Assembly (NCBI RefSeq): GCF_964213995.1
Contig: NC_135808.1
Location: 50,778,001-50,842,000 of the forward strand
Length of the DNA stretch: 64,000 nucleotides
Source: Mustelus asterias
Lineage: Eukaryota
Reading direction: 5' to 3'
Shown here: one piece after another, positions 60,970 through 64,000 of the stretch
Position numbering within the stretch: position 1 is the first letter of the stretch
Layout of the letters: the number at the start of each line of letters is the position of its first letter
Position numbers and translations under genes: made by a program
The notes under the pieces: model-generated
Told to the model about the DNA's origin: nothing
What the model saw: only the letters and a program-made list of their open reading frames with translations
Database searches by the model: none

Positions 60970-62441
60970 TCAGAGGAACAGTGATTTGTACAGCTGTTGT
61001 CCTTGCCGTTGTTCCTCTTCTTCTGTGTCGTTGTTAAGTTCTTGCATCTGGATACTGGCAGTGGGTAGCATTCTTGATGTAATATTTGCACATATCACTT
61101 TAATACAGGTTAGGCCAAGGCAGAGTGTGAACAGGATGGCTACTACTAGGATTAATCCCTTCATAATATATGCTCCCCAAACTGTGTTAAACAGCCATCC
61201 TAACCACCTATCAGTCCCTGTTAACCCCTGTTTAAAGTTATCCAATTGCTTTTGTATCCCGGACATGGCTGCTGTTATGTTTAGTGTCTCGTCGTGTACG
61301 TATGTGATGCATTTTTCCTTGATGATGGTGCATACCCCCCCTTGTCTGGCTAGCTGATAGTCCACCGCATATCTCGTTTGTTGTGTGTATAGTCTGAGTT
61401 CTGCGAGTTCTTGGTCAATTGCGCCTAATGCTTGTAGGGTGTTGTTTCCTAAAATGGTCAGTCCACATATGAAGAAGTTCCTATTACTGGCACTGATCAC
61501 CCCTGCGGCGCCTCCCAGGGATAGTGTCCCCAGAAATCCATATCCTAAAGAAGACCCTAGTGTGACAGGGGCCTGCCAGTCGGAGCAAAATTCTGCGCTG
61601 ATGGCCCTGGTCACTATGCGTTTCTGGACATGCCCTTCGCTTGGGCATGGAACCGTGAGAGGTCTGATTGTCCCTACGGAAAAGAACCTTGGAGGCCTGT
61701 CTGTGGCCGTCATATATACATTTTTAAATAAAACACGTACCCGTCTTTAACCCGATAACATGCATTACCCTGGGGTCGTTTGACCGCATGGCCCCATCTT
61801 GTGGAACCTTCCCTCCCCCTGGACTGTCCACTTGATTGTACCTCTTGGTGAGAATCAAATGGATATGTCCCTGAGGCTGAGCTTACGTGGGTGCTGTTGC
61901 ACTTGCCACACATAAGCTGCCTACCCGCGGTGACTGCAATGCATTTTTGTTGCTTGCAATCACAAGTGAAGTGTCCTTCCCGGACCCGGCACTCCTGGAG
62001 AGCACAATGTGCCTCAGCGCACGAATCATTTTTAGGGACAAAGGCATGCACGCACCCCCATCCCTCTCCCTTAAAACATTGTGGGTAGTTCCCATGTGTC
62101 TCCTCCGGTTGGGGTCCCGTCCCCCTTAGAATTCCCGGCTCAGTGAGCTCTACACACCTTCCTTGTATCCCTTGCTTAAAGTACCCAATATGTTCTTTGC
62201 AGGGTGCCCCCGATGTGTCAATAGTGAATAACTCTTGTGGGAGCCACCCTGGTGTTGCGATGAATAGGGAGTTTACTGATCGCGCTGAGGGGTAACAAGC
62301 GGTCCTATTCCCATAGATCTGGATGTGTGTTTTCAGGAATAGGTTTCCTTCCATGATTGGTGGTTCTGCTCCCCTAACCCCCATATGTTGGAGTGTATTT
62401 ACAATGGTCAGGGTTATTATCAGATATGTCCCTGTTCCCAT
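60970..62441 (-). pseudogene. env: ERV-B env (signal peptide-SU-TM) with one frame change at ~61725; filovirus GP2/ASLV-like TM
   Basis: Signal peptide from ATG 62441; Cys-rich SU; KRIVTR|AIS putative cleavage site; ISD-like QQTRYAVDYQLARQGGVC; CX6C; membrane anchor GLILVVAILFTLCLGL. Confidence 0.9.
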
Positions 62442-62579
62442 ATCGCTCTTTTTTTTTTTCAACAGTATTTTACAATTACAGTATATACAGAAAATAAACA
62501 GGCAATTAAATTAAAAGTAGTTGGTTCCGACGTCTTGATAGTAGATCTGGTCCTGGTTCCTGTGGAAGTTGAATGAGCA

Positions 62580-64000
62580 AAACGGTATTTTTTTAGTTCA
62601 TTTGTCCTCATATAGTTTTAATTGGGTCCAGTGTTTCCAGACCCCCTGTCCCCTTTTTTTTTATACAGGCACAGGTATCTCCGCTAACAATGACCTCGTA
62701 AGGTCCGTGCCATCTTGGGGCAAATCCTGGTTTTGCAGGAAGCACTTTTGTTAATACCCGGCTCCCGGCTTTTGGGACTTCTGGTAATATTTCTGAGTCC
62801 CCCTCTGCGTTGACCTGTGCCTGATTAGAAATTACGGACCGGCGCATCCCCTTCAATTGGGTGCTAAGGTCTCGGATGTATTGTCGGATACATCCATTCA
62901 TTTGTATGTAGTCTTATCAAAAGACATCGCTTTCCCCATTAAAATCACATGCCATACAGTTCCGATCTTTATATGAGTACTCTTACACTATCTCTAATTT
63001 GATCATTTGTTTGCGTGCAAGCGCTACACCACAGTACTTCACAAAATAATTATGTCTTTATCAATGCCCAATATAGTATATGAATATATCATACAAAGTT
63101 GGTTAAGGCTTTTCAGGATTTGATGTTATTCTTGTGTCTATATGGCAGTGCTATACTGTATAATAAAAATAATCAAGCGGCAGTTGTATCATACCACTTT
63201 ACACATCGTACCCGTGATATCCAAACCCTTTTAATTTAAGCCGTTTCTTTTTTTTAAACTGAGCTCCAGATCGAAACCCCCGCACTCTAGGAAAAGTAAC
63301 AGGCGCCGAATCAAAATCAAAGCAGGTACAATACATACCAGTTATTTGATTAGGAACATTTTGGTTTCTTAACTGGCTAGGTTTTAAGCTTTGCAGTGCT
63401 TTTATATTTGGCAAACCTTGAACCTTGATGGCTCATGAAATTCCGACGGCAGTACATAATTTTAACTAGTTCAGAATACTAAACTATCTGACGTTCGCAA
63501 ATCGCGATATTCTGCGATTAATACTGTATTTCACTGACTTGATATACTTTAAACTGACTCATAGACCTCAGTCTTTTGTTCCTGCTTTTCTACCTTTCCA
63601 CAAAATAACTTATTTTCTTCTCTTAACTCCTCAACTAACTCTTATAATTTCTACTTCAAGACAAAGGAAAGAGCACATGCTTCCTTCCAAGGTTTAAATC
63701 CTTTCTTAACATTAAAACAAACAACAACAAAGCATCCACGCAACCACTTTGTTTAAACACACACACACATACACATGGAAGCTTCCAAAAGTCATTCCAC
63801 AGTACATCCTTTTTCATTCAAACTTATCATTTCAGACTGGGATGAGTGTAAAACATTCAAAGAGAATACAGAACATTGATTAAGACAATCGCTTTTATTC
63901 TTCTTTCTTCCAAACTGTAATTAACTCAAAGCAGAAGTAAATTCAAGAAATCCTATCACTTTAATCTTTAACAGTTTTAACACTCTCCCAGCCCCCTAAG
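62580..64000 (-). mobile_element. ERV-B internal region: IN C-terminal fragment (62600-62900) and AT-rich spacer homologous to 27100-28400; continues past the window
   Basis: IRQYIRDLSTQLKGMR..PAKPGFAPRWHGPYEV; shared blocks such as ctggctaggttttaagctttgcagtg at 27593 and 63373. Confidence 0.88.

Overview
Eukaryotic (cartilaginous fish, shark-like) genomic DNA, not prokaryotic. The only recognisable host gene is one unrearranged, apparently functional immunoglobulin light-chain cluster of kappa type (elasmobranch type III/NS4-like): leader 13486-13534, V 13721-14018 with 12-RSS, J 14934-14968 with 23-RSS, C 20835-21163. The rest is a dense, nested mosaic of retroelements. These are CR1-clade LINEs (one full-length, ORF-intact copy at 41680-47215 with a 5'UTR of seven ~221-bp monomers), a second LINE family, L2 remnants, V-domain (HE1-like) and Deu-domain SINEs, Gypsy and Copia remnants, and Penelope-like palindromes carrying a hammerhead ribozyme core. 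There are also two related endogenous retroviruses on the minus strand. They share an AT-rich spacer and an extra integrase 3' end but carry different env genes. The env at 60970-62441 has a TM subunit that closely resembles filovirus GP2, and its SU and TM frames meet at an in-phase U-UUA-AAA slippery heptamer. A ~3 kb block upstream of the Ig cluster is duplicated in inverted orientation at ~51-54 kb. All identifications were made by eye from motifs; no database searches were run.
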